This document shows, piece after piece, positions 9,669 through 23,109 of a stretch of DNA of 64,000 bases. The notes beneath the pieces are model-generated. The model made no database searches. It saw only the letters and a list, made by a program, of their open reading frames with translations, and was not told the DNA's origin. The position numbers and the translations under genes are program-made. Each line of letters starts with the position of its first letter. Position 1 is the first letter of the stretch. The DNA comes from Chlorokybus atmophyticus (Eukaryota; Plantae; Mesostigma and Chlorokybus algae): NCBI GenBank assembly GCA_009103225.1, contig RHPI01003753.1, forward strand, positions 1 through 64,000, given 5' to 3'.

Positions 9669-12600
9669 ATGAGGGGTGGCAGGTAAGGCAGACGAGAGAG
9701 AGGGGTTGAGAGTGACATGGTGCTCGCAAATTGTGATGGCGCCTGTTGTCCACCCAGCCGCAATTGACCTTGCACGCATGATGCTTGCTCATGTCAAGCT
9801 CCCTCGCCTTTCTGCTGGCATCACTGCATTTGTGGCCGCAGTGCGTGCATCAGATGGTTTTGCTGCATGGCTGAATGCCTGATGGCATCGATATTGCAGA
9901 TGCAGGCCATCTTGGCCGTTGCTTCTGGTGGCATCGTTGCTGGTGTGCAGCTGCACGACAGCAGGGAGACTTGTAGCCGCACAAGCTTTGGAGCCTCCCT
10001 CACCCGCAGATGCACCATCCCTTCCCCCACCGGACAACGCTCCACCTACCATCCCAGCAGGTGTACATGTCATGCTTGATACAAACTACCATGTTCATGG
10101 TCAGCTTACTATGCGTCGCCTTCTTGCATCGAATGAACCATGTTGTTGTGGTTGTGTTGTTGTTGTTCATGTTCATTCTGCTCGTAGACAAGTTATATAT
10201 GTCACTTGTGTGCACACCCTGCCATCCATGGTGAAGCGCTAACACGCATGGCTGGTACCAGAGTCTCCGCCTCCAGTAGCGCCCTCACCTTCCAACCCCA
10301 ACAACGTAGCGCCACCACCACCGTTCCCTTCCGTGTCCGATGTTCCACCACCCCCTCAGGACGCCGCATCTCCACCTGTTGCACCGCCTGTGCCCGATGT
10401 TCCACCACCCCCTCAGGACGCCGCATCTCCACCTGTTGCACCGCCTGTGCCCGATGTTCCACCACCCCCTCAGGACGCCGCATCTCCACCTGTTGCACCG
10501 CCTGTGCCCGATGTTCCACCACCCCCTCAGGACGCCGCATCTCCACCTGTCCCACCGCCTGCTCCCGACTATCCTGGAGAGCCGTTCCCACCACCGTATG
10601 CTCCACCCTTCATAGACCCGACACCGGGCGCACCCGCACCGTATCCAGACACGCCCGCACCCACGAGTGTACCGCCTAATGCCGGCCCACCATTAGCACC
10701 AGGTACAGCCATCAACCAAGATGGGTGTTATTGTGTTGACGTCATTGTCAAACATTGCTTGTAACAACCACATCAGCACGGTGAGAAGTTTGCTCAGCAT
10801 GGCATGTATTAATTTAATGCTATGCAGCACCATCAGCATCGGTTCCGCCATCTCCGCCTTCCGTTGACGCACCCCCACCGCCACCGGTACGTAGATGAAG
10901 GATTTTGTATCAGGAGTCTGTATGTGCATGTAACGCACGATGTCCTCACACAAGTCTAACCAGCATTGTGCGCCCTCAGCCACCCCCGCCAACTGCTAAC
11001 GTCACAGCTCCGGCTCCGGTGGCGAGGGATGTTGTGCCGGGCACAGGTGCAGAAGCGATCCGCATCCATGGCGACAGCATCTCGTTCTCCATCAATTTGC
11101 CGGTTCGCGGGATCTGCAACATCAGCAGCTTTGAGAGCAATCCGGTGGTCGCCATTGAGTCGTCCACAGCCACTGCCGAGGCAGATGGCGCATCGTCGTA
11201 CACTTTGCAGGTCAGTTGTGCGTTGTGGTTGGCATGAAACTTGTAGACTCAGACGAAGACGTGCAATGAGCGTTGTGCGTTGCAGGTGACTCTGCCGTCT
11301 GGAGAAGATGTTGTGGGCATTCAGGTGCCTGTAGGTGCTTGTGTAACAGCGGATGGCACCCAAAGCATTGACGTAGGTCCGATTGTTATCATTAGAGGTA
11401 TATCACCGATCCTTACAGACGTTCATGTGCAAACGCTGCATGCATGCGCAGATGTAATGTTGCAGCTGTTGTTGGCTGATCGCAGATACGCAGCAGCCGG
11501 TTCCCGTCATTTCTACAACCGCTCTTCTGCAGCTGCAGGACACGTCTGTTGGAATGGTCATCAAGTTCAATGAGCCATTGACACAAGACCTGGTGATAGA
11601 GAACATGAACGTAACCGGATCTACCATGTACGTGCCCCACTGCGTCAATCATATTGCTAGGAGAAGCATAGTCGCTCATCACGCATGCGCAACGTGCTCT
11701 GCAGCTCGAAGAAGTTAAGCCGCGTTGACAATGTCACCTATGCGTTGCTTGTTGAGTTGCCGCAAGGCCAAGCACAAGTCCTGTATGCGAGTGTCCCTGA
11801 GGGCGTTGTCACCGACTTGAGTGGATGGCCCAATGTTGCCTCGAATGTGATCACCATCAAGCACGGTGAGAGCAACGCTCGGTCTCAGTCATATCAGCGT
11901 TGAGCTTGATGTTGCTGCTGTTGATGCGCAGAGCCCAACATCACCGCGGCAGCAGCAACCGCGGGTGAGATCTCGTCCAACGGTGTCATCGCCACGGCGG
12001 CAGGCGCCGCGGCCACGAGCATCGCGGTCGGCGTAGCGGTGCCCGCAGCAACCGCTGCCGCCACCGCTGGTGCGACGGCTACCGCAACTGCCACAAGCGG
12101 TGTGGCTGCCAGCGCGGCCGGAGGGGCTGCGCATGGAACCACGTCTACAGGCGCCAACGCACTCCTGGTAACATAGTGCAAGGCAGATGTACAGCTGATG
12201 TATATATGTATGAGCATAGACTGTGCACTGCTTAAGTGTGTATACAATCCTCGTTGATTGCTCAACCAGCTTGTTCGTCTCGCGCAGTACTTGACCTTCC
12301 ACGTCCAGACGTTTGCGGCCATGCACGACATCGCCGCACCGCTGCCGCCGAGGTTTCGCGCCTTTACGCAGAACCTCAGGTGGACCAACTTTCAGGTGGG
12401 CGGTGGCCTGTGGGCTATTGGCGCTGATACAGGTCACTTCGGCAACAACGACAACACGGCAGACAACAACACGACGACCACACGGCGCAGGAGGAGCCGC
12501 CGCTTGCTGGAGCTGACCAATTCCACTACTATGCTGCAACCTGCCGATCAGACCCTCCAGGACATCATGAGCACTGTCCAGGCCAGCTTGTCGCCCAATG

Positions 12601-14561
12601 GTGAGGCCGTCGACGAAAGACTGTATCAGCTCTTTGGCAAAGCGCAACAGCAGGGGTGAGGAACAGTGCAACGCACAAGTACTAGAGTGCTCAAGAGCTT
12701 GATGTTTGCTGCTAACACTACAATCTGCTTTCTCATCGTGCGCAGATGGAAACAGTACGCAGAGGTTGCAACGGCGTTTGTTGTCTTCATAGCGGCAGTA
12801 TTGGTCTTGCACGGTGCCATCTATTTCATCATCAAGCGCGTCTTTGAAAAGAATGTGCCCTTCATCCTTCAGTTTCCGCGGATAGAGATATTCGTGTTGA
12901 CCATCAGCTTGCTGGGCGTCTCGCACGCATCCTCGTCTCTCGTTACAGGTTTGTATCGCCGTTGCTGGCGGTTGATAAAACTATGCACAATCTGACTTCA
13001 TCTGGTGCTGCAGCTCGCACAGCTGGCAACGTGATTGTTGGGCTCTGCACACTCATCATCTTCCCGCTTGCGTTTGCACTCTTCTCCACACACTGGGTGT
13101 ACAAAAATGTTCTGAAGGTACCTCGTTGATTGTTGCAGTTGATGCATATAGAATCACGCACACTTTACACCTTGGGGTGCGCATCTGCGGATACTGATAG
13201 AATTGCGCTTATCGTCATCTGCTTTCATTTGTAGCGGCCTATCGTGCGCTTTGTGGTCGAAAAGAAGGTCAGCGAGCCGCGAGGCTGCGGGCTGTGCAGC
13301 AAGCCGCAAGGCAAATGGGAAACAATCAGAGCAAACGTGGAAAGCAGTAGCACGGCGTCGTCCACGTCGGGACAAGTGAAAAACAGCACGGATCAGTGGG
13401 GATTGTACTTTGAGGTAAGGCATGCTTGAGCATTATGTGCAGCTGTACGACATATTGACAGTCGCTGGCAAGCAACCCTGATTGTAATACACAGGACTTT
13501 AGAGGGCCCGAGACCCGTTCCAGCACACCTGCATTGTCTTCTGGTGAGAAAGAGCTGTTAGTGACGCAGCCGGAGCAAGACCATGCTAGCCGATGCGCTG
13601 CCATGCGCGTGTTTTACCTCGTGCTGACTATCTGGCTGCGGGTACGTTCAACACGCATGTTGAAGGGAAGAATTGCAACAAATGCCGTCGTGTCCTCAGT
13701 CAAACTAAGCAGTTGCTTCTGCTGTTGTTGTTGATGCGTGCACTGGCAGGTCGTAATCGGGACAGTTGTTGGAGGGTACAGTCGCCACAAGTTGGTCAAG
13801 AACAATGTTGAGGTACATATGATGCTGTGCCAGCGGCAGTGTGCACGAATCTGGCAAGTTGTATGCGTGCCTAGAATGGTGCGCAATGCGCTGTCAAGGC
13901 GACGACTTGCATTCAAGTTGAGCCAAGTTAGCATGCACATCGAAGCTTACTCAAAACTCTTCGGCAGGTGGGCCTGCTGGCAGCCGTGAGTGTGTTTCAA
14001 GCCCTCTTTGTCGTCTGTTTGCGGGTGAGTGTATGGCTGGACTACTGTTTAAGCTGAATGCTGGCTACTTGCAAACCAGTGTTTGCCTGCAGCCGTTTGT
14101 GGACCATGTCATGGAAGTGTGCGAACTCGTGTCCGTGCTGTGCGAGCTGGGCGCCTACGTCTGCATCTTCCTCGTTGCGTACGCGGACTCGCTTGCGCTC
14201 GATGTTGATCGCCTGGATCGCTGCTTGGTGGTGATGGCTATGTCCGGCATCATATCCCAGCTGCTCAACCAGTATGTCAGTCATCTTGGCTTGCTTGCTT
14301 AGCGGTATAACTTGTGATCACACGGCAATGTCACCTTGTCTGCCCAGATACTGGAGTCTGTACAAGACGGGGCGAGGGGCAGCGGGGTTGGTATGGCACA
14401 AAATCAAAAGCTATCTAGCTGGCCAGCACGCTTCTAAGCCGGAGGTGTTGGCGGAGAAAGACGACGACATTCCAACTGACAACCCGCGGGATGTGATCCA
14501 CATCAGCTTGTCCTGCCCGTCAGACGGCATTGCTACCGAGAGCGCATCGCACAACAAGTAG
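9669..14561 (+). CDS. Multi-exon secreted-type membrane protein: signal peptide, Pro-rich stalk, C-terminal multi-TM bundle resembling TRP_C/PF06011-type proteins
   Basis: Exon 1 ATG AGG GGT GGC AG|gtaagg spliced to 9900 gives MRGGRCRPSWPLLLVASLLVCSC. Pro-rich exon at 10333-10700; QTFAAMHDIAAPLPPRFRAFTQNLRWTNF at ~12300; several hydrophobic exons 12700-14270; last exon QYWSLYK...SHNK*. Confidence 0.75.
10333..10560 (+). repeat. Coding tandem repeat, 4 x 57 bp (VPDVPPPPQDAASPPVAPP)
   Basis: Near-exact 57-nt periodicity. Confidence 0.95.
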
Positions 14562-14870
14562 ACAGACCGAGTGGCCTGAGGACCTTTACAGTGGTCACGT
14601 TTACGAGCACATACTATAGTTTGTAAAGTGGAGACAAGACAAGACGGGCCGAGGGGCAGCGGGGTTGGTATGGCACAAAATCAAAAGCTATCTAGCTGGC
14701 CAGCACGCTTCTAAGCCGGAGGTGTTGGCGGAGAAAGACGACGACATTCCAACTGACAACCCGCGGGATGTGATGCACATCAGCTTGTCCAGCCCGTCAG
14801 ACGGCATTGCTACCGAGAGCGCATCGCACAACAAGTAGACAGACCGAGGGGCCTGAGGACCTTTCCAGTG
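14362..14870 (+). repeat. Direct duplication (~230 bp, period 277) of the last coding exon and stop codon of the upstream gene
   Basis: 14362-14593 is nearly identical to 14639-14870. Confidence 0.92.
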
Positions 14871-15164
14871 CTCACGCATTTCGTGACACAAGTTTTATAT
14901 GCTATGAAGTTGCATGCCTGTTGTGCAAGGTTGGGTATTTATTAAGCTGCCTGGGTGGGAGCTGTCGAAGTTTGGCAATACTTACAGCTCTAGTCATCTT
15001 GAATTTACCAAGTCTTGTACCCACACCTTGTTACTCAGATACAAAGATCTGTGCCAGACTTAATGGAATGTACACATGATGCAACCATTGCGAATAATCT
15101 TCTTTCAGTCAAGATGATAGTCAGAACATCTGTGTCACTATATAGACATCTGTACACACTTGAA

Positions 15165-15780
15165 ATGATCCACACGTGCTGTGCCTTGCTGTGGTGGTGG
15201 TGCTTGAGATTGCGGCTTGCATCTCCACTTGTGCAAGCTCATGTGCAGTCAATGTTGCATGACTACTGTGATGGTGCTGTGTTGTACACATTGTACATCA
15301 CGTGTGTAGCATTTCAATGGAAAATCCTCACCATCGTGAACACGTCCCTCCAGACGTCGCAGGCTATGGGTACAGCAGGAGACTCAGCGCGCGTGGCGTA
15401 GGCGAACGGCCACCGCGACATCGACGAAACCAACACCGACACCCACAACACCAACTCCTCCATCCACAGCAGCATCCAGCCATGCCTCCCCACTCACCCC
15501 ACCTCCTCCTCCCTTTCCTCCTCCCTTTCCTCTCCCCCCTCCCCGGCGCAAGTGCTGTCCAGTTCCAGCGCGAGCGTGTCCGCGTGGCTAGCGCAATACC
15601 TCGCGGACGGAGATACGACAACAGCACTGGGAGTCGCCAATCTCAACCTCACCAGCGACCCGACACTGGGGACGCAGGTGGGGGAGGGTGTGTGTGTGAG
15701 GCAGCAGTCTTGGAGAAATGGCAACAGCATCGGGCAGCCACGCTGTGTTGCATAACAGAAGGTGCTGGTCACCAGTAATC
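15165..15780 (+). pseudogene. Possible decayed secreted Ser/Pro/Thr-rich protein fragment
   Basis: One frame reads AFQWKILTIVNT...RVA*ANGH...SAWLAQYLADGDTTTALGVANLNLTSDPTLGTQ| with an internal TAG at 15399. No family recognised. Confidence 0.3.
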
Positions 15781-16224
15781 CGGTGAAAAGCATCCGCCAA
15801 GTTCAGTCTCTCATCAGTTTGCGTTGCGGCATCCTGCGTGCTAGTGCGCAAGGCCCCCTGCATGCCAGCTGGGCGCACTGCGAAGCGGCTACTACTTGCG
15901 CGCATGCTCTGCTTATCGTAACTACAAGCAACATACGTAGACTCACTATAGCTTGTGCTGCTCAAGCAACATAGGTAGACTCGTTGCACCATTAATGATG
16001 CACCATGAGTAACTGCAGCGGCACACACGGCATGATGGCATGGTGACCTTGTTGGAAACATGCCTAGGTGCCAGGTACATGGCTGCAGCATGCACACCCG
16101 TCGACCTGAGTATCTTCTTGCAGGTGTGGAACCCCGAGAGTACAAACAACTGCATGCACGGCCACAACCACAACCACAACAGCAGTGTGCACTCCCCCCA
16201 TTCAGACAGTTGAACATGCATGAC

Positions 16225-16364
16225 CATGCAGGCTTGAGCATGCATGTTCAGCATGTATAACTACCCTTATACATGCACCTACTACAACATACATGCAGGC
16301 ATGAGCATGCATGTTCAGCATGTATAACTACCCTTATACATGCACCTACTACAACATACATGCA
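16225..16364. repeat. Tandem duplication, 2 x ~67 bp
   Basis: CATGCAGGC.TGAGCATGCATGTTCAGCATGTATAACTACCCTTATACATGCACCTACTACAACATA occurs twice. Confidence 0.85.
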
Positions 16365-16725
16365 GCATGCTCACCGTTCGACCTGAGTATCTTGCAGGGG
16401 CTGAACAACAAGATGACCAACCCCCACTTGCACAACAACAACACCACGACCAACACTCATGAGCGCCACTTGTGCAAGCATGCCTGCAGTAGCACGCCCA
16501 GCCTGCAAGGAGTGTCCATGTGACAGCCTTCCACATCTCAATGTGACAGCCTTCCACATGCATCTCACAGGTTGTGTCCATTCGATAGCTGTCAAGTGGA
16601 CTGACATCTGCATGCAAACCCCTAGTCACTCCACCTTGTCAATACACCTGGTAGACACCTTGACAACATTGATGTCTTGAAGGGATACCTAAAAGTAACA
16701 ACATTAATCCTAATAGTCTCCCTAA

Positions 16726-17455
16726 GAGATTACATGAGTGTCATTACACTATCAGTTGATAATAGTTACTATAAGTGATCCTTATTGTCTCCTTGACAAG
16801 GATGGGTCATGTACATTAAGCATGTATACCCCTTGTGGGTGACGAGATTACTTGAGTGTCATTACACTGTTAGCTGATAATATTGTTACTATAGGTGATC
16901 CTTATTGTCTCCTTGACTAGGATGGGGTCATGTTTACTAAGCATATGTAGACATTGTGGGTGAGGAGATTACATGAGTGTCACTAAACTATTAGTTAATA
17001 GTATTGTTACTATAAGTGAACCTTATTGTCTCCTTGACAATGATGGGTCATGTACATTAAGCATGTATACCCCTTGTAGGTGAGGAGATTACTTGAGTGT
17101 CATTACACTATCAATTGATACTCTTGTTATTACAAGTGCTCCTTATTGTCTCCTTGACAAGGATGTGTCATGTACACTAAGCATGTATACCCCTTGTGGG
17201 TGAGTAGATTACTTGAGTGTCATTAAACTAGCAATGAATAATATTGTTACTATAAGTGATCTTGATTGTCTCCTTAACAAGGATGTGTCATGTACACTAA
17301 GCATGTATAGACATTATAGGTGAGAAGATTACTCGAGTGTCATCATACTATCAATTAATAATCTTGTTACTATCAGTGATCTTTATTGTCTCCTTGACCA
17401 GGATGGGTCATGTACACTAAGCATATAAACTACTTGTGGGTGAGGAGATTACTTG
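16726..17455. repeat. AT-rich minisatellite/satellite, ~6 diverged copies of a ~120-bp unit
   Basis: (G/A/T)AGATTAC(A/T)TGAGTG recurs at 16726, 16844, 16965, 17085, 17205, 17325 and 17445. Confidence 0.93.
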
Positions 17456-17646
17456 ACTAAGGATAAGTAGCTGACAAATTAGGAAAAATACTTAGTGTCT
17501 CCGTAATAAGGATGTGTCAATTACCACATGCATGTACACACCTAATTTATGAGGTGACTAAGGGAGTGTCGCGGGGGTGCAATGATGCCCAGTGGTGGTG
17601 GAGATTGCTGCAGTTTCAGTCTGAAGCAATGAAGTTACACAAGCAT

Positions 17647-18679
17647 TCATGTGTAACTGTGCCTCGTGTACCATGTTCCATGTGGTGTCCTTGCGGAAGT
17701 GCGTATGTAGATTGATTGAGCTGTCGTGCTGGGCCCTTGCGTATTGCTTATGTGCGCAGGCCGCCAAATATCTGCACGAGTGGAACCCACAGTGCTCCAA
17801 AAAGAGTTGTACAACACAACACTTGCACACAACACTACTTTACCAACATCGCTGCTGACTGCATGCATGCGGACCGCCCATAGTGTAACGCGGGGCGCTA
17901 CACTATGGACTACACCCATGCTACATGCTTACTATGCAGTCGTTGTGTCAAAGATTATGTACAGGGTTACATGGCAGCTGACTGGCTTACTTGCTATCAC
18001 TTGCCATAGCTCACTGACCGCGCCCACGACTACCGCGGCTCCTCCTCCTCTCATGTGCCATCCTGGAACGTACCTCAGCCAGTTGGGTGTTGAGTGCGCA
18101 CAGGGCTTCTTTCTGATCCTCAACTTCATACTGGAGGCGCTGAGCCTGCATGGCACAAGATTCAGTGTTGTGCCTCAGGTAACACTGATGCTTGTGCCTA
18201 TGCATGTGCTCATGCATGCATGTGCCCATGCATCCGTCCGTGATAGGTGAGCTTGCCTGTAGCCGATGTGCGGCCGCTTCCAGATCAGTTCCTAGATGTG
18301 CCAAATCCCGCTGACAATTCACCTCGCGAGCACGAGCAGTAGACACACCCTCACTATGTTGATAAGGCGAGTTAGGGCGCATTTCTCGAAGCCGTTCATG
18401 TACCCGCAGGCGTTTTCGTAACTCGCTCAGCTGCACCTCCAGAGTCTCCAGCTGCAAGAGCAATGGTGACATGCATGTGTTGTGTAGTGCAGCATGCATT
18501 GGTCTGCAAGCATAACTTGTCTGTGGCTCTGCGCTCACCTTCTCCTTAACCTTGGTCACCTCTATGTGCGTTATGAACTCCTCGTATTTTGTGTCCGTGT
18601 AGTGTTCTAGGGGTGAGCCTGGCACGATGTTGCGCCTGACATTGCCCCTGCCGGCGGCCATCCTCACACCTATTGGCAA
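17647..18679 (-). CDS. Hypothetical coiled-coil protein, multi-exon, partial model
   Basis: Heptad-like exons LETLEVQLSELRKRLRVHERL and AQRLQYEVEDQKEALCALNTQLAEVR bounded by GT/AG sites. The Ala-rich minus-strand ORF at 19967-20400 may be an upstream exon. Confidence 0.45.
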
Positions 18680-20409
18680 AGCACAATTGCCACGTCACAT
18701 TTTTACGACCCAGTTGACCACAGAGTGCAAGCAAGATGAGGACCGATGCGTGGGCTCTGCCTCTACATGCACATGCATACAAGTGTGTACACACAAGGCA
18801 TGTGCCTTGTATGCCTTGTGGGGCTTGTATTGCGTGCCTGTGGCATGCTTGTGTTATGCTTGCGTGCGTAGTAAAATGAAAAGTGGCATGCCAAGAAGTT
18901 AATGGATGCCATCGCCTAGGACAACATCATGCACCAAGTGTCACCGAACCAAGTCTTACAAGCACACCTGACGGTCACCGGCGTCGACCACGACGCCCTC
19001 GCTGCCGCTCACAAGGATCAGGCTGCAATTAGCAGCATCGCCCACACTTTCGCTAATACACGCTGGTGTTGCGTAACGGAGACTTTCGAATATGCAAAAC
19101 CGCGGTCAAATACATGTCGCAGCAACAGCTTGCCTTCTTATCTCCTTTACCAAGATGGGTCAAGTACAATAAGAGATGGGAGCCCAATAGAGTTATGGAG
19201 CATAAGCAGCATCGCGACAATTCCCGCAAAAACACGCTGCTGTTGCGTAACTGTGCATTTTAATTACACAAAAAAACGCGATCGGATACATGTTGCCGCA
19301 AATGCATGCTCTGTGTGTATGGGTGTCGGCGGCGGTGGTGTCAATATTATGTGTCGTGAATCGCATGCACTACGGTGATGGATCCACTCCTCCAGCATCT
19401 GCTGTTAAAGTCTTATGCTTAATGGGAATGCCGATTCTGCTACAAGGTTATTAGAGCCTAAAAAACAACCAGTTTTGTACTGCACTATAGATCCATGAGT
19501 TGTACGAAGATGAGGCGTGCTTGGGGTGTGTTCAGTGATGTGGTTGCACTAAAGCACGAGACGAGAGCCCAATACGACCAGCACTGGCAGGTATGTCGTG
19601 AGCCTGCCACTCCACCATCCATGCATTGACAGCACACAACACAGCTGCATCCACACCGCTAGTGGATTTGCGAGGTACCAAACATACACGCTCAGCTGCG
19701 GTAACGCAGCGATCTGCAATGTGTGTGTGTTGTGTTGTTGCAACCACACCACGTGCAGGTGCCACAACAAATTGCTCATTTGTTGCTTTGGTAACACACA
19801 CACACGACTTGGACACATGGCAGTAGTTAGCAAGCCCTGTGACTGGCATCGCCTGCAGGACAGCGAGTTCCTGGTGAGTATGTTGTCTTTGCTAACTTGG
19901 CTCAACCGAAAAGTGTTACATGCTCTGGTGTCAAAGTGTTACATGCTATAGTGAAGACGTCTGCGTTCAACTGGTCAGCACACACACTGCATAATGGCGC
20001 TCCAAGGGACCCCCCGCGCAAGTCGAATGCGCGTTAGGAACAACCGTTGAAGATGAGCTCAGACAACTTGCTGATGAAACCACACTGGCCGCAATCGCTC
20101 GAGCATTGCGCACGCATGACGAGGCCGCACATGTCTCCGCCAAGCGCAGCATGTGCGATACCCACGAGGCACCGACTCTATCAAATGCACCTCGTGTGTC
20201 TGGTGAACACGAGCATGCAGCAAGCCCTGCATTGGCAGCACAACAGAGCTGCCATAACACAGCCTCTGCCCATGGCAGTGGCAGAGCGTCCGCACCACTT
20301 CCCGCGAGGGCAGCGCAGTGCAGGCACACGGCTGCGCAGATCGCCCGCGCATGCGCATACAACGCAGGCTGTGCCGTTGCTGTGCGTTGAGGCATACCAT
20401 CACGCGGCT

Positions 20410-20800
20410 TGACGTTCGGGGACCATGGATGGTTCTTCAACGGACCCCGCGGGCCATACATGGTCCGTGCCCCGAGGACCACGAGTGGCTAATCCCGGGG
20501 GACGGACCGTCCATGGTCCTTTCGGGGCCCCGATTCCTGGCGCACAATACATGGTCCGCGGTCGGACCAGATACTATACATTAGCAATCTACCGGTCCGG
20601 AATTTCTCCGCAGTCCGGACCATATATGGCCCGCGGTCGGACCAGGGCTGTCCCCGGTGCGATTGTCCTTGGGCATCCGGACCATGCATGGTCCGCACTC
20701 CGTGTTGGACAGACCATGATTGAGGCGCGCTCCCTGTGTCGCTTGGTCCCTGGTGCCGCTCAAACCTAGGTACGTACCATGCATGGTGCGTACATTAGAT
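20410..20800. repeat. GGACC/GGTCC motif-dense, self-complementary block (possible transposon subterminal region)
   Basis: About 14 GGACC/GGTCC words in ~330 bp, including the palindrome GGACCATGCATGGTCC and repeated ATAYATGGYCCGCGGTCGGACCAG. Confidence 0.55.
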
Positions 20801-22029
20801 TTCAACACACTACACTTTCCGCACACGTCAGCAAGACGTATATACACCATTAAGTATATATACATCTACATATATATAGTCATACACATGAAGATATTTT
20901 ATATATACATGTACATATTGCGGTATTTATATATATATATATACCACCTGTATTAAAAAGATAAAGGTGAAGGAGGAATTACCCCTATAAAGGTGACTTG
21001 GGAAGGGAGACTTTGTTCGACCTGCCGTTTTGTCGAATCACATCGCGAGATTATCGGCAGATGTTTGCATTATGCGCCCTGCGTCACCTGCTAGCACAAG
21101 ACTGGTTGCGAAGTTTTAGTCAAGTCTTTACATGTTTACCTCATGTGCTATTGCGATTTACCAATGATTATACATGCAAGTCGCAGCCTTCTACTTGCTT
21201 GCCCCGCGGCCTGCTACTAGCAGGCCGCGGGGTTGCACCGGCAATTTGGCAATGATGAGGTCGTTATATTATTATTGTTTGTAACAATGGAAGGATTGAT
21301 CCTAACGTTCCGAGTTTGTTAAGTATGAATACTCGTACTGTTGACAGAACCGGTCACAATTTCAATGATGATGTGTGCAGCTTTAGCATGCAACCTGAAT
21401 GCATTCTAATGTCATCGTCGAGTCCTCAACTGCGTTAGGGAGTAAAGACGCATTGTTAACAAATTGGTCACAACTGTAATTGCGACTTACACAAGTCTTT
21501 CCCACGGCCTGAACCCTTGATTACGTAAACGCTGAATCCTCAACATTGTTGGGGATCTGGTACTTGCGATCGTCACCAGCGGATTGCCGTTTGTGACAGG
21601 TCGCAATAAAACTCTGGCTGCAGCTACAACATATATACAGATCCGTCATAAAATTCAAAAAATCTGCAAATAATGTCCGGCTTTGTCCATTGCAAGTTGC
21701 GGATCTCACCTGATTTGCCGAAACCCGTTTCTACTGGTGCTGCGACGGGCCCCGGCGCGTTTGACAATGGTAACGGGCCCTTGTATACCTGAAGAGAGCC
21801 ATCCTGCACAAGTGCGCACAACCACAGTCAACGTCACTTCTGCACCACCCGTCATTAACAACGTGAGAGCAGTTGCAACCAACGGCGGGTCCACCCTTAA
21901 CGAGAGCATCCGGATCGATGTGTCGTACCCGCTGCGGGAATGCCTGCCATCCATGTACAACATCGATTGCGGCTCTCACCATGCAGTGAGTGTGTGTGTG
22001 TGGGACTGTGGATTCACTTGGCTGCATAT

Positions 22030-22044
22030 GCATCATCCACACTG

Positions 22045-22096
<52 letters not shown>
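22030..22096. repeat. (TG)n microsatellite in an intron
   Basis: Direct reading of the sequence. Confidence 0.95.
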
Positions 22097-22100
<4 letters not shown>

Positions 22101-22654
22101 TGTGTGCTGCTTGCTTGGCCGGGCAACACGCTAGGCTTTTGTCGGTACAGCAGCAGTGGAGTGAAATTACCGTTACGGTGGAGCAGCTTGGTGTGGTGGT
22201 GTCCACACTAAGTTGTGTCGTGCAGCACAGGAGGGCCGTACAGCGTGAACGTGTGCGGCTACGATCGATTGGTTGCCATCGTGAGCGTGTATATGTGCGG
22301 TCGGCAGCGCACTCTCGCTTGGGACTTCAGCAGCGACGGCGTCTTAGATTAGGGCCACGGGGGCCTTTCCTCACTTCACAACCGTATACTCAGTCCGAAG
22401 GAGCCTCTCCCGGGGCGTGTACCCGATAAGCGTGCGTGCCAGCAGCAGCCCGCCCTATCCAGACTCGCCTCTCACTGTAGTGTTGAACACAACAATCAAC
22501 GTCACCACCGCGCCACTCGTCGCGAACAGCATCACACTAGCAGAGGGCTATAACGCGGTGCCGAGCGTGGGAGAGCGCATCCCCGTGGAATGGTCCTTGA
22601 CAACGGTGCGATGCGAAGGTTATGACATTTTAATCAACTGCGGGAAGATGCTGC

Positions 22655-22685
<31 letters not shown>

Positions 22686-23109
22686 GGGGNTGGTCGGCTT
22701 GGCAAACTTATGCGCAAGCACAAGGACTTACAAATGTAAGCCCTACTAGCACCACCGGTGCAGCACCTTGCAGGGAAGTCACAGCACCGCACCAAGGAAG
22801 GAGAGGATGGACGCCCACCTCTCCACTCAGCTCCAGGCACACACACACACACTTAAGCACACCCTACACACACGTGCAGAGCTGCCACGAACACCCCACC
22901 CCACTAGGGATGAGAGAGAGAGCCCCTTGAACAACTAAGCTAGGCACCCCACACACAAGAGTGAAGTATGCACCTCAAGAGCTGCCCCAACACTTGTTGG
23001 GACACTCCTATATACTCCCCCTTGCTGCTCCCCGACCTAAAACACCAATGTCCAAGGCTACATGCGTTGGCATTGCTGCGTTGACCATCATACTTGCCTC
23101 GGGGCTGCC

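Noticed and set aside
11889-12926. 345-aa minus-strand ORF
   Set aside because: Antisense to Ala-rich and TM exons of the plus-strand gene, and it crosses that gene's introns.
16726-17455. CRISPR-like array
   Set aside because: Contiguous diverged units without unique spacers, in a eukaryotic context.
20808-20814. CACTA(C) terminus of an EnSpm element
   Set aside because: Single short match; the motif array lies on the wrong side, and no partner end or 3-bp TSD was found.
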